Source: Desulfobacterales bacterium
Lineage (GTDB): Bacteria > Desulfobacterota > Desulfobacteria > Desulfobacterales > UBA5852
Length of the DNA: 64,000 nt
Assembly: GCA_963674755.2 (NCBI GenBank)
Contig: CAXXVS010000002.1
Coordinates: 1,792,001 to 1,856,000, forward strand
Direction of reading: 5' to 3'
A program made the position numbers and the translations under genes. Below the pieces are notes generated by a model that did no database searches, was not told the DNA's origin, and was given only the letters and a program-made list of their open reading frames with translations. Shown here piece by piece: positions 18,380 to 27,886 of this stretch (positions are counted from its first letter, which is position 1; each line of letters begins with the position of its first letter).

Positions 18380-20137
18380 TTAGGGACGGCTGGCAAGCCG
18401 CGCCTCGGCTTCCTCCGCCGGCAGCGGCGGGCTGAGGTAGAATCCCTGGGCCTGGTGGCAATGCCGGTCTCTGAGAAAGGTCAAACTCGCCTCGGTTTCG
18501 ACCCCTTCGGCCACCGCTTCGATCTGCAGCTTGTGACACATCTCGATGATTGCAGAAATAATGGCGCCGTCGCGTCCTCCCAGGTCGGCATTGCGGATGA
18601 ACACCTGGTCGATCTTCAGCTTGTCGATATGGAACAATTTGAGATGAATCAGGGAAGAGTAGCCCGTGCCGAAATCGTCCAGGGCAATCTTGACCCCCAT
18701 GGCTTTGAGGGCGTTCATGATGGCGATGGCACGGTCGGTGTCGTGCATCATGGCGGTTTCGGTGATCTCGAACTCCAGAAAACAGGGATCAAAACCGGTG
18801 ATGTCCAGGATCGACTTGATTTTGGTCAGCAGTTGCCGATCGAAAAACTGACGCACGGACAGGTTGACCCCCAGACGCAGCTGGTCGAAGCCTTTGTCAT
18901 GCCAGCATTTCCCCTGCCGGCAGGCGGCATCGAGGGCCCAGTCCCCGATGTCGATGATCATGCCGGTCTCCTCCGCCAACTGGATCAACTGGTCGGGGGG
19001 CACAAATCCCATTTCCCGGTCCTCCCAGCGAATCAGGGCTTCCATGCCGACCAGCCGGCCGCTGTCGATGTGGTACTGGGGCTGGTAGTAGAGCTGAAAC
19101 TTCTGGTTTTTGATGGCGTCGCGCAGCTTGTTCTCCAGCCGCATGCGCGCTTTGGCCTTCTGGTTCATATCCGATGAGTAGTAGCGGAAGGTATTCTTGC
19201 CGACCTCTTTGGCCTTGTACATGGCCGTGTCGGCGTTCTTGAGGAGGGTTTCCACATCCTGGCCGTCATCGGGGTAGAAGGCGATGCCGATACTGGTGGA
19301 AATGAACAGCTCCCGGCCGCCGACCTGAAACGGCTCCTTGAAGAGGTTCAGGATGCGTTCCGCGATGCCGGAGGTGACTTTCTTGTCGGCAATGTCCGGG
19401 ATAATGAAGGTAAACTCATCCCCGCCGATGCGGGCCAGATAGTCCTGGTTGTCTTTGCGCTCCAGTCTCAGGAACTCGTTGATCCGGCCGATGATATCGC
19501 CTCCCCGCAGATAATGCTTGAGGCGCCGGCCAACGCCCACCAGCAGATTGTCGCCGGCCGTGTGGCCGAAAGTGTCGTTGACCTTTTTGAACTCGTCCAG
19601 GTCGAAGAAGAAGACCGCCACCGATTTGCCGGTCCGCTTGGCACTGTTGATTTCGCGATTGAGCAGGTCCAGGAACAGGGGCCGGCTGGGGAGGTTGGTG
19701 AGGGAATCGTAGTAAGCCAGGAATGCGATTTTTTCCTGACTCTTTTTCAGCTCCGTGATGTTGCGGGATATCACGGCCGCATAGGATACCTGCGTACCCG
19801 ACGTGAAACAGGGGGTATAAATGGTCTCGATATAGTTTTTCTCATTTTTTTTGAATTCGTAAGAGGCGCGGTAGGATACGGTTTTGCCGCGGAAGCATTC
19901 GTCCAGTTTTTCTTTGATGACCTGCTCAAAGATGTCCTGCCCCCAGATTTCCGCGACCGTATGGTTGACGATCTTGTCCTTGGTTAATTTGCGGGAATTC
20001 AGGTAGGCGTCGGTTACGATCCGGTAGGTGTAGTTGCGGTCGATCAGGGTGATGGAGTCGTGGGACGCATTGACCATCATCTTGTACAAGGCCAACTCGT
20101 GCTGCTTTTCTTTATCCAGAGAATTTTCGGTGTTCAT
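18380..20137 (-). CDS. PAS-GGDEF-EAL diguanylate cyclase/phosphodiesterase
   Basis: DSLTNLP, RIGGDEF, MEALIRW, DDFGTGYSS and QGFY. Confidence 0.95.
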   Translation of the reverse strand: MNTENSLDKEKQHELALYKMMVNASHDSITLIDRNYTYRIVTDAYLNSRKLTKDKIVNHTVAEIWGQDIFEQVIKEKLDECFRGKTVSYRASYEFKKNEKNYIETIYTPCFTSGTQVSYAAVISRNITELKKSQEKIAFLAYYDSLTNLPSRPLFLDLLNREINSAKRTGKSVAVFFFDLDEFKKVNDTFGHTAGDNLLVGVGRRLKHYLRGGDIIGRINEFLRLERKDNQDYLARIGGDEFTFIIPDIADKKVTSGIAERILNLFKEPFQVGGRELFISTSIGIAFYPDDGQDVETLLKNADTAMYKAKEVGKNTFRYYSSDMNQKAKARMRLENKLRDAIKNQKFQLYYQPQYHIDSGRLVGMEALIRWEDREMGFVPPDQLIQLAEETGMIIDIGDWALDAACRQGKCWHDKGFDQLRLGVNLSVRQFFDRQLLTKIKSILDITGFDPCFLEFEITETAMMHDTDRAIAIMNALKAMGVKIALDDFGTGYSSLIHLKLFHIDKLKIDQVFIRNADLGGRDGAIISAIIEMCHKLQIEAVAEGVETEASLTFLRDRHCHQAQGFYLSPPLPAEEAEARLASRP

Positions 20138-20230
20138 CTTGAGGAGCCCTCCACGTTGTCCATATGTGGGGTGAGTCTACCAGATTCAGGCCTCTCACGC
20201 CACCTTATGATAGTAGGCGAGGAGCGCTTG

Positions 20231-20421
20231 CTATCCATCCGCAAATGGCATCTTTCGGCCCCTGGCGGCGTTCGCGCTTGTTTTCAATCCTCGAAATAGC
20301 GCGCTATTCCTCCGGTTGACACCCACCGTTGGGGATTGATCAGACGGGAAGTCCCGCAAAACGGGAAAACGCGCTCAGGCCTTGCCAGAAACCAAAATCG
20401 TCCATTTATGAACGGGCACTA
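20231..20421. mobile_element. MITE-like element, copy 2 (inverted, with internal insertion)
   Basis: Matches the reverse complement of 3864-4009: aaatggcatcttt.ggc.cctggcggcgttc ... ggccttgccagaaaccaaaatc ... gggcacta. Confidence 0.7.
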
Positions 20422-20710
20422 GCTTAACGGTCGTCACGTCTGACGCGATACCAAAACCACGATCCGGTCTGGGTGACGCCAAGGCTGGAAAGCGGTCGTT
20501 GACCATGTCAAAGGGAAGAAAAGAAGGGGCCGCTTTCAACACCGGGAGTTGATCGCTGTCCGGTGTCCCGCTGCCGCCCCGGCGTTCTCAAGGGGGCAAG
20601 CATGAAACCCGTTTTCAGCGCAGGTGTGGGAATGAGATAACGCCAAGGGCGGTCGCATGACACCCGGCCGGAGGGCTCCTGGGCCGAAGACCCGATCAGC
20701 GGTTGGTCCT

Positions 20711-21259
20711 TTATCGCTGGCTTTGTTCCTGAAGTTGGATCAATCTTTTCATGGCCTGCCGGCGGAAGGTTTTCGCCGGTCGGCACGCCAGAAGATCCCG
20801 GATGATGGCCATGGCCTGCAGCGCATCGCCGCCAGCCTCGTAGGTGCAGCTGAGCAGCAGCAGGGCTTTAGGCTGCCAGGAGCCATCCTTGGCAGCCGCC
20901 AATTCCAGGCAGCACCGTGCCTTTTCAAGATCGGAGGCCTGGTAAAAGGCCACACCGAATCTGAATAGCTGATCACCGGGAAGCGCCCTAATGTGCCGGG
21001 GGAAATGATCCCGCACCAACCGCACGGCGCTGGGGAAGTCCCTGGTCATGACCGCCGCAAGCCGGCTCCTAAAGCAGTCCCCCACCTTTTCCACGTCTTC
21101 CTCAGCGGTGCGCTGTCCAGGGCTCTGATCGGCACTCGTGGGCCGATCACGTTCACGCCTTTCGCTGACCATCGCTCGTGCTACCTTCATATCGCCCGTC
21201 CCGGGTATCAATCGTTTTGGATTACCCTTTAGGTGACCTTGGGCGGCCAAAAGGTTCAT
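20711..21259 (-). CDS. Hypothetical TPR-like protein
   Basis: Helical repeats (LFRFGVAFYQASDLEKARCCLE; ALLLLSCTYEAGGDALQA). Start uncertain. Confidence 0.45.
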   Translation of the reverse strand: MNLLAAQGHLKGNPKRLIPGTGDMKVARAMVSERRERDRPTSADQSPGQRTAEEDVEKVGDCFRSRLAAVMTRDFPSAVRLVRDHFPRHIRALPGDQLFRFGVAFYQASDLEKARCCLELAAAKDGSWQPKALLLLSCTYEAGGDALQAMAIIRDLLACRPAKTFRRQAMKRLIQLQEQSQR

Positions 21260-21488
21260 GGCGGATCCGGCGATGAAGCAGGAATGTATTATGGGGCGGC
21301 CAGGCTGGCAAACCGGCGGCAAGACTGGGGCCTCCTGGAGATACCGTGGGCGCAAGCAGCGCCCCACCACCGGGCCCATCAGAATTATTTTCCTTTCGGG
21401 GAAGACTTATCGTATAAGCGCCGGCCGCTCTCCACGGGCACGGTTCATGGCCGCGCCCGTGCGCAACCCCTATTCCCGAGGTGCCATC

Positions 21489-21830
21489 ATAAGCGGCAAC
21501 CCTTGTTTGGAGTGCGGGGACTGTTGTGCGTTTTACCGGGCATCTTTTTACTGGGGCGAGACCGACGAGATCACCCTGGGCGGGGTACCCGCGGATTTGA
21601 CCGTCAAGATCAACGAGCGTTTCGTGGCCATGCAGGGCACCCGGTGCCATCCCCCCCGCTGTGTCGCCCTCATGGAAGCGATCGGGGTCCATGTCTCGTG
21701 CCGCATCTATGAACGGCGGGCCTCCGTATGCCGCTCGTTTCCCCCGTCCTGGGAGGACAACGTGCATAAACCCCCGCTGTGACGAGGCCCGGCAAGGTTG
21801 GTCCCTCCCGCCCTTACCCCGGATTCGTGG
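21489..21830 (+). pseudogene. YkgJ-family (CxxCxxCC) zinc/iron-chelating protein, disrupted
   Basis: NPCLECGDCC...RCVAL...SCRIYERRASVCRSF. ATA sits where the start is expected after RBS gaggtg. The tail NPRCDEARQGWSLPPL is in a shifted frame at about 21770. Confidence 0.75.
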
Positions 21831-22157
21831 CATGGGCCGGCAAAGATGCCGCGAAGCGCTTGCCAAGAAGAAAATCCGCACTTTCCGCCGGTCTCACGGT
21901 AAGGCGCGTCATTCGCTCCGCCGCGTTATTCAGCGGCTGACGCCTGCACCGGCCTGGCGCCTCTGTCATCCGGGGGCGGCTCACGGGGATATGTTGCGGA
22001 TTAGCGGCGATGCCGGGGATTGATCAGGAAAGCGCATGGTCGCGCGTCGGCAATGGAAGGTCTGAAAAACGGTCGACGGCCGCCTGTGGATTGTTTCGTA
22101 CTCCCGTCAGCGGCCCCAGGTCGATGGCCCGGGTCTGACATCAGGTCCCTTTTCATT

Positions 22158-22424
22158 CTAGTGGATGTCAAGCTTTTCCGGTTCGCAAAGCAGCCGGGAG
22201 TTGATCGCGGTCTGTCCGCAGTTCCGGCACTGATACCGTTCCACATGGGTACGGTTGTGGCAATATTTGGGGGGCAGGCCTCCCTTGCCACCGCACCAGT
22301 CGGCCTTGGTGCCGGTCCCCTGGACTTCACAGATATTTTCGGGATCCAACGCAACGGCACCGCATTGGGCACAGATATAAGCATGGGTATCCTTGGGCAA
22401 AGGGATATGATTGGGTTCGTTCAT
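22158..22424 (-). CDS. Small cysteine-rich protein with a duplicated CxxCG-x10-C unit
   Basis: YICAQCGAVALDPENICE and YQCRNCGQTAINSRLLCE; RBS aaaggagg; TTGACG-17-TATTCT upstream (22567-22539). Confidence 0.8.
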   Translation of the reverse strand: MNEPNHIPLPKDTHAYICAQCGAVALDPENICEVQGTGTKADWCGGKGGLPPKYCHNRTHVERYQCRNCGQTAINSRLLCEPEKLDIH

Positions 22425-22645
22425 TTTGCAGCCTCCTTTCACAACGAGATGCCGATGCCGGGCAATCTGAACACTCCCTAAGGGATGATCTTCTATCTGA
22501 CAAGGACATGCTCAGCCATCGGTGATTTCCACAGGAAAAGAATAAGATCGTCCCGGCAACGCGTCAATATGGCAGGCCCTGCGGTCCGCCGCCGGGCAGC
22601 AAAAAGCGGCACAAGGCTCAAGGATGTCAATAGCGACCCAATCGC

Positions 22646-22674
22646 TTGATTTACGGCCCTGTTGCTGATATAGG
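22646..22674 (+). promoter_or_regulatory. Sigma70-like promoter for the speD leader
   Basis: TTGATT-17 nt-TATAGG with TG just upstream of the -10 element. Confidence 0.45.
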
Positions 22675-22760
22675 CAATCGGCTGTCCGAATCCATCGGAC
22701 CATTCGCGTCGTACACGATTTCCGGTACGACCTGTGACAACCCCCAACGGGAGATTATTT

Positions 22761-22853
22761 GTGGACCCCGACAGTCCCAGCTTCCAACCGTTTAGTCCCG
22801 GCCGCCAGGTTCGGGCCCGACATGACATGGGGGTGTGGATCACCCCCGCCTAA
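22761..22853 (+). CDS. Putative 30-aa leader peptide of speD (MDPDSPSFQPFSPGRQVRARHDMGVWITPA)
   Basis: GGGAG, then 7 nt, then GTG. Stop TAA lies 5 nt before the speD RBS. Not in the supplied ORF track. Confidence 0.5.
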   Translation: MDPDSPSFQPFSPGRQVRARHDMGVWITPA

Positions 22854-22872
22854 GCCACGGGAGGTGATACAA

Positions 22873-23313
22873 GTGAAGCATTCCGCCATCGGCAGCCACT
22901 GCATCCTCGAGCTGCACGGTTGCCCGTACGACATTCTCGACAATGAGGCACTGGTGCGCAACGCCATCGTCGCGGCCAGCCAGAAATCCCTCTCCACCCT
23001 GCTGCACTTAAGCAGCCACCGCTTCGAACCCCAGGGGGTCACGGCCGTCGGGCTGCTGGCCGAATCGCACATTTCCATCCACACCTGGCCCGAACGAGGC
23101 TATGCCGCCTGCGATATCTTCACCTGCGGCGCAGCGTCCCGGCCGACCCAGGCCTGCGATTTTCTGGCGACGACCCTGCGCGCCGCCAACCAGTCGTTGC
23201 AAGTCCTGGCACGGGGCCAGCGGCCGGCGCCGGCGGTCTCCGCAAGGCTGCCCCGGACCGCCCGGAACCCGTCTCCGCCCGTGCAGGCCGAACCGCAATG
23301 GGTGGCCAATTGA
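22873..23313 (+). CDS. speD: S-adenosylmethionine decarboxylase proenzyme
   Basis: GSHCILELHGC...HRFEPQGVT...LAESHISIHTWPE...DIFTCG; GTG start after gggaggtga. Confidence 0.95.
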   Translation: MKHSAIGSHCILELHGCPYDILDNEALVRNAIVAASQKSLSTLLHLSSHRFEPQGVTAVGLLAESHISIHTWPERGYAACDIFTCGAASRPTQACDFLATTLRAANQSLQVLARGQRPAPAVSARLPRTARNPSPPVQAEPQWVAN

Positions 23314-24233
23314 GCCGCCCCGCGCCCATACGGGAGCCTGTCACCGCCTCTGACGCCTATCTGCACGGCGTGGCCGAGGTGCTTCTGGACCGCCGGACCG
23401 CGTTCCAGCGGCTGCGCATCGTGCGGTCGCCCGACTTCGGCAAATCGCTGGTGCTGGACGACGCCTGGCAGGTCAGCCAGGAAGACGAGTTCCTCTATCA
23501 CGAAGCGCTGTGCCATCCGGCCATGCTGCTCCACGGGACCCCGCGCCGGGTGCTGCTGCTGGGGGGGGGTGACGGAGGCCTCCTGCGGGAAGTGCTGCGC
23601 TGGAAAACGGTGGAGCGGGCCGTCCTGGTGGACATCGACGGAGAGGTGATCGCCGCCTGCCGCGAGCTGCTGCCGGAAATCCACCAGGGGTCCTTCGACG
23701 ATCCGCGAGCCGAAATACAAACCGCCGACGCCTGGGACTATTTGCGGCAAACGCCAGGCGGCTGGGACGTGATCCTGTCGGACCTGACCGACCCCGCCGA
23801 AGACGGCCCCTCGGCGCGGCTCTTCAGCGTGGACTATATGCGTTTGTGCCGCGAAGCCCTCGCGGCCGGCGGAACCTTTGCCATCCAGGCCGGGGCGGCC
23901 TGCCCGCCCCGGCTGGACCTGTTCGCGCGGGTCATGGCCACCGTCCGGACGGCGTTCGCGCACACCGGTTTCTGCGCCGTCCATGTCCCCACCTACGGGG
24001 TAAGTCTGGGACTGGCCCTGGGCGCCGCGCGTGAGGTGGTCTTCCCTCCTGCCGCCGATATCGACGCCATCCTGGCCAAGCAGGTACGCGGTGAGCTGCG
24101 CATGCTCGACGGCCGCGCCGTGCAGGGACTGTTCCATCCACCCCGCCACCTGCGCCGGGCCGCATCCGCCGACGTCCCGCCGTTCACCCTGGCCGACGGG
24201 GCCGACTACACCCGTGACGTGCTGGGCGGGTAG
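23298..24233 (+). CDS. speE: Polyamine aminopropyltransferase (spermidine synthase family)
   Basis: LVLD...Q...DEFLYHEALCHP, VLLLGGGDGG, VDID and DVILSDLTDP. Confidence 0.92.
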   Translation: MGGQLSRPAPIREPVTASDAYLHGVAEVLLDRRTAFQRLRIVRSPDFGKSLVLDDAWQVSQEDEFLYHEALCHPAMLLHGTPRRVLLLGGGDGGLLREVLRWKTVERAVLVDIDGEVIAACRELLPEIHQGSFDDPRAEIQTADAWDYLRQTPGGWDVILSDLTDPAEDGPSARLFSVDYMRLCREALAAGGTFAIQAGAACPPRLDLFARVMATVRTAFAHTGFCAVHVPTYGVSLGLALGAAREVVFPPAADIDAILAKQVRGELRMLDGRAVQGLFHPPRHLRRAASADVPPFTLADGADYTRDVLGG

Positions 24234-24413
24234 AAGCCCCTTGCTCACACCAGACCACCAGAAAAAATCAAAAGCGGGTTGCCAAAGGGCGGCGCAGTTC
24301 TTAAAACCTGTTCGGCTGAAACCGGCGCCAGGGTGGATGCAACCCCCTGCCCGTCACCCACGCCCTGTAGCCTTTACGTCACCCTATCGAGTAGGTTGCG
24401 ACCGCGTTATACA

Positions 24414-25802
24414 ATGAAAACGACCCGTGCCGGTTCGCCGGTGATGATCCTGACCACGGTCTGTATCGCCCAGTTCATGGCCCCTTTCATGCTCACCAGT
24501 GTGGGCGTGGCCCTCCCCTCCCTGGGCCGCGACCTGGGAGCCTCGGCTGTGCAGCTCGGGCTGGTGGAGCAGCTCTATGTGCTCTCCCTGGCCATGACCA
24601 TGCTCACTTTCGGACGCCTGGGAGATATCGCGGGCCAGCGGCGGGTCTTCATGGCCGGCCTGGCCCTCTTCACTCTGATGACCTTCCTGCTGGGCTACGC
24701 GGGGCGCATCCAGACCGTGATGGCTTTCCGTTTCGTGCAGGGCATCGGGGCCTCCATGTATCTGGCCGGCAGCATGGCGCTCGTGGCCGCGGCCTACCCG
24801 CCGGAGCGACGCGCCCGCAAGATCGGACTCGTCTCGGCCTTCACCTATGCCGGACTTTCCGTCGGGCCCGTGATCGGCGGGTACGTCACCCTACACTTCG
24901 GCTGGCGCCACGTCTTCCTGCTCTCCGTTCCCATCGGCATCGCGGCGGTTGCCATGTGTCTCTTCGGCATGCGGGAAATGGAGAAAAATGCCCAAGGGGA
25001 ATCCATGGACTGGAGCGGCAGCCTGGCCTATGCCGCCAGTGTCGGTCTGATCATGACCGGGGCGGCCCATGCCAAGGCTTTCTTATGGGCCCTGCCCATG
25101 ATCGTCGCCGGGGCGGCCGGGCTCATTCTCTTTATCCGCATGGAGATCCGGCGCCCTAATCCCCTGCTGGACGTCACCCTGCTGACCCGCAACCGCTTTT
25201 TCACGTTGAGCTGTCTGGCGGCCATGGGCAACTACGCGGCGACCTTCGGCATTGTCTTCCTCATGAGCCTCTTCCTGCAGTATGCCAAGGGGCTCACGCC
25301 CCGGCAGGCGGGCTTCGTTCTTCTCTCCCAGCCCCTGATGCAGATCGGGGCGGCCCTGCTCTCCGGCCGGCTGGCCGAACGATTCGACATCGCCAAGCTG
25401 GCCACCAGCGGCATGCTGGCCAGCTCGGCCGGGCTGCTGCTGGCCGCTGTCACCGCGCGCTCGGGGGTCCCTCTGGTGGTTGTGGTCCTGGAGCTGATGC
25501 TGATCGGCGCTGGCTTCGGCATTTTCATCACACCCAACTCCACCGCCATCATGGGCAGCGTCGAACGCCGGCAGTTCGGGGTGGCCTCGGGCATGATCGG
25601 CGCCATGCGCACCCTGGGCATGGCCGTCAGCCTGACCACCATCGCCTTGATCTTCTCCCTGATCATGGGTCAGGCCGAAATCAGCCCCCAAACCCTGCCC
25701 CATTTCCTGCTCAGCATGCGCACGGGGCTGGTGGCCTACGCCATCTTCTCCTGTCTGGGCGTGATCCTGTCCTTCAGCCGGGGCCGACGAAGAAACGGAT
25801 AG
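24414..25802 (+). CDS. MFS transporter, DHA2/EmrB-QacA-like
   Basis: About 14 hydrophobic segments; GRLGDIAGQRR, RFVQGIG and GPVIGG. Confidence 0.9.
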   Translation: MKTTRAGSPVMILTTVCIAQFMAPFMLTSVGVALPSLGRDLGASAVQLGLVEQLYVLSLAMTMLTFGRLGDIAGQRRVFMAGLALFTLMTFLLGYAGRIQTVMAFRFVQGIGASMYLAGSMALVAAAYPPERRARKIGLVSAFTYAGLSVGPVIGGYVTLHFGWRHVFLLSVPIGIAAVAMCLFGMREMEKNAQGESMDWSGSLAYAASVGLIMTGAAHAKAFLWALPMIVAGAAGLILFIRMEIRRPNPLLDVTLLTRNRFFTLSCLAAMGNYAATFGIVFLMSLFLQYAKGLTPRQAGFVLLSQPLMQIGAALLSGRLAERFDIAKLATSGMLASSAGLLLAAVTARSGVPLVVVVLELMLIGAGFGIFITPNSTAIMGSVERRQFGVASGMIGAMRTLGMAVSLTTIALIFSLIMGQAEISPQTLPHFLLSMRTGLVAYAIFSCLGVILSFSRGRRRNG

Positions 25803-25920
25803 AGGCTTCGCGGCGTCCCTTGCAGGCGCCCACACAAAACTGCCACCGACCCATCACGTACCCATCTCATTAGCAAACCCCCAACTCAAACCTCTTCCGT
25901 ACCGCATTCGAAATTAGGTC

Positions 25921-25977
25921 TTGACAAAAAGATCACATCTGCCCTAATTGTCGACAGTCGTCAGACGACAGTCGTCA
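25921..25977 (+). promoter_or_regulatory. Promoter with tandem heptamer operator upstream of the gntR-family gene
   Basis: TTGACA at 25921, then GTCGACA-GTCGTCA-GACGACA-GTCGTCA at 25950-25977. Confidence 0.6.
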
Positions 25978-26009
25978 AATTTGATTCACCCCTCAGCAAA
26001 GGAACCAAC

Positions 26010-26696
26010 ATGTCGGGATTCGATATGAATGCGGTCAGAGCCGTTCAAAGCCGGTCGCTTGCAGGTGTTATTTGCGAACAGCTGGAAGAAATGATTCTGG
26101 CTGGGAAAATTCAGCCCGGTGAACGGATCAACGAAAGCCAGCTGTCCAGCCTGCTCGGTGTCAGCCGCGCCCCGATTCGTGAAGCCTGCCGGCAGCTGGA
26201 GCGTCACGGCATGGTTGAAGTGCGTGTTAACCGGGGAACCTTTGTCAAAGAGATCGATCTGCAGGAACTCGAAGAACTGTACGAAATCCGTTCGGCGCTG
26301 GATGCCTTGGCCGGCGAAAGGGCCGCCCAGGTGATCACCGACCAGGAATTGGAGGAACTCCAAGTCCCTTTGGAGGTCATGGAAGCGGCGACCCGATCTG
26401 AAGACCATAAACTCTACTATCAGGGCAATCTGGATTTTCATATGTGCATCATGCGCATCGCGGGAAACAAGAACCTGATTTCCATCTATGAAGGCGTTTG
26501 CAAAAAAGCATCCCTTTTCAGGCGCACCAGCCTTTCGCTACCGGGGCGATTGCCCGAATCCCTGCGCCAACACCAAACGATTTACACCGCGATCGCTGAG
26601 CACGACGCAAGGCAGGCAGCAACCCTGATGCGGCATCACATCGTGGATGCCAAGATCGCCCTCGTGGCAGCGTGCCAAAAATCGGAAGACCAATAA
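26010..26696 (+). CDS. GntR-family (FadR/FCD) transcriptional regulator
   Basis: PGERINE...LGVSRAPIREA...; FCD features NLDFH, QHQTI and HI. Confidence 0.95.
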   Translation: MSGFDMNAVRAVQSRSLAGVICEQLEEMILAGKIQPGERINESQLSSLLGVSRAPIREACRQLERHGMVEVRVNRGTFVKEIDLQELEELYEIRSALDALAGERAAQVITDQELEELQVPLEVMEAATRSEDHKLYYQGNLDFHMCIMRIAGNKNLISIYEGVCKKASLFRRTSLSLPGRLPESLRQHQTIYTAIAEHDARQAATLMRHHIVDAKIALVAACQKSEDQ

Positions 26697-26729
26697 ACAA
26701 AACCAACAACGGCAAAGGAGGGTACCACC

Positions 26730-27665
26730 ATGCGTAAATCAGCCTTGGTATTGACAGTGGCATTGATGGCGTTGGTATTGATTGCATCTTCGACGACGGC
26801 AGGGTCTTATCCCGAAAAACCGATTTCACTCATATGCTGGTCGAGTGCAGGTTCGGGTCACGACCTCATGGCCCGGATGGTTGCCAAGGTCGGTGAAAAA
26901 TACCTCGGCCAACCCATAGCGGTTTTGAACAAAAAGGGCGGCAAAGGCAAAGTTGCCATGTCCTATGTGCTCAACAAGAAGCCGGATGGCTACACCATCA
27001 TGACCAATACCCGCAGCATGACGGAAAGGCTTTGTGATCCCAGCGCGCCCATCAATGTCGACAGCTTCCACTACGTCTGTCGGGTGGTGATCGATCCCTT
27101 CGTGGTTCTCGTCAACAAGGACAGTCAATTCAACACCCTGCAGGAGCTCATTGCTTATGCAAAAAAGCATCCCCACAAACTGAAGATCGGCGGCTACAGC
27201 GTGCAGTCGGTGGATCAGATGCTGGTGAACAAAATCATGAAGGCCACCGGGATCCAGATGAACTATGTCCCCTACAAGGGCGGCATGGAACCAGTAGTAG
27301 CGGTTCTGGGCGGGCACATCGATGTGGCCGTGGCCAATCCCAGTGAAATGATTGCCAACTACGAAAGCGGAAACGTCAAGGTTTTGGCCACCTGCAGCGA
27401 AAAACGTTTCGCACCCTTCACCGAAGTCCCGACCCTCAAGGAAGTCGGCATCGACGTTACCGAAGAGCACTGGCGCGGCATCATGGCTTCCGCCGAGGTG
27501 CCCATGGACATCATCACAGTGCTCGACGAGGCCATCCGCAAAACGATCAAGGATCCCGAGTTCCAGCAGTTTCTCAAAAAGGCCAACATGTACGACGGTT
27601 ACATGCCCCACGACAAGTTCCGGGAACTCGTCGTTTCGCAGACGGAGGAGAGCTGTAAGAAATAG
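26730..27665 (+). CDS. tctC: Tripartite tricarboxylate transporter substrate-binding protein
   Basis: Signal peptide; YPEKPI...DLMAR...PDGYT...VPYKGG...VPTLKE. Confidence 0.92.
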   Translation: MRKSALVLTVALMALVLIASSTTAGSYPEKPISLICWSSAGSGHDLMARMVAKVGEKYLGQPIAVLNKKGGKGKVAMSYVLNKKPDGYTIMTNTRSMTERLCDPSAPINVDSFHYVCRVVIDPFVVLVNKDSQFNTLQELIAYAKKHPHKLKIGGYSVQSVDQMLVNKIMKATGIQMNYVPYKGGMEPVVAVLGGHIDVAVANPSEMIANYESGNVKVLATCSEKRFAPFTEVPTLKEVGIDVTEEHWRGIMASAEVPMDIITVLDEAIRKTIKDPEFQQFLKKANMYDGYMPHDKFRELVVSQTEESCKK

Positions 27666-27886
27666 CAACCTGGAAAGGGAATTTGGATTCGTGCGAACCG
27701 GCTGCGGTCCATCCCCGCGTCCAGGGTCACGGCCAACGGCAGCCGGTTCGACCCGGTTCAGATTCGATAGGGGTCGCGGCATCGCAATGCACCTCACATG
27801 ACGATGCCAGCCGACCTGCGGATCTGAATAATCAATCAGTCAATCCAGGACGCCCTTAGCGGCGGATGAGGGAACGGAGAAGCAGC

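Noticed and set aside
21780..21782. TGA in the YkgJ-like gene as possible selenocysteine readthrough
   Set aside because: The family-like continuation is in a different frame, so this is a frameshift rather than recoding.
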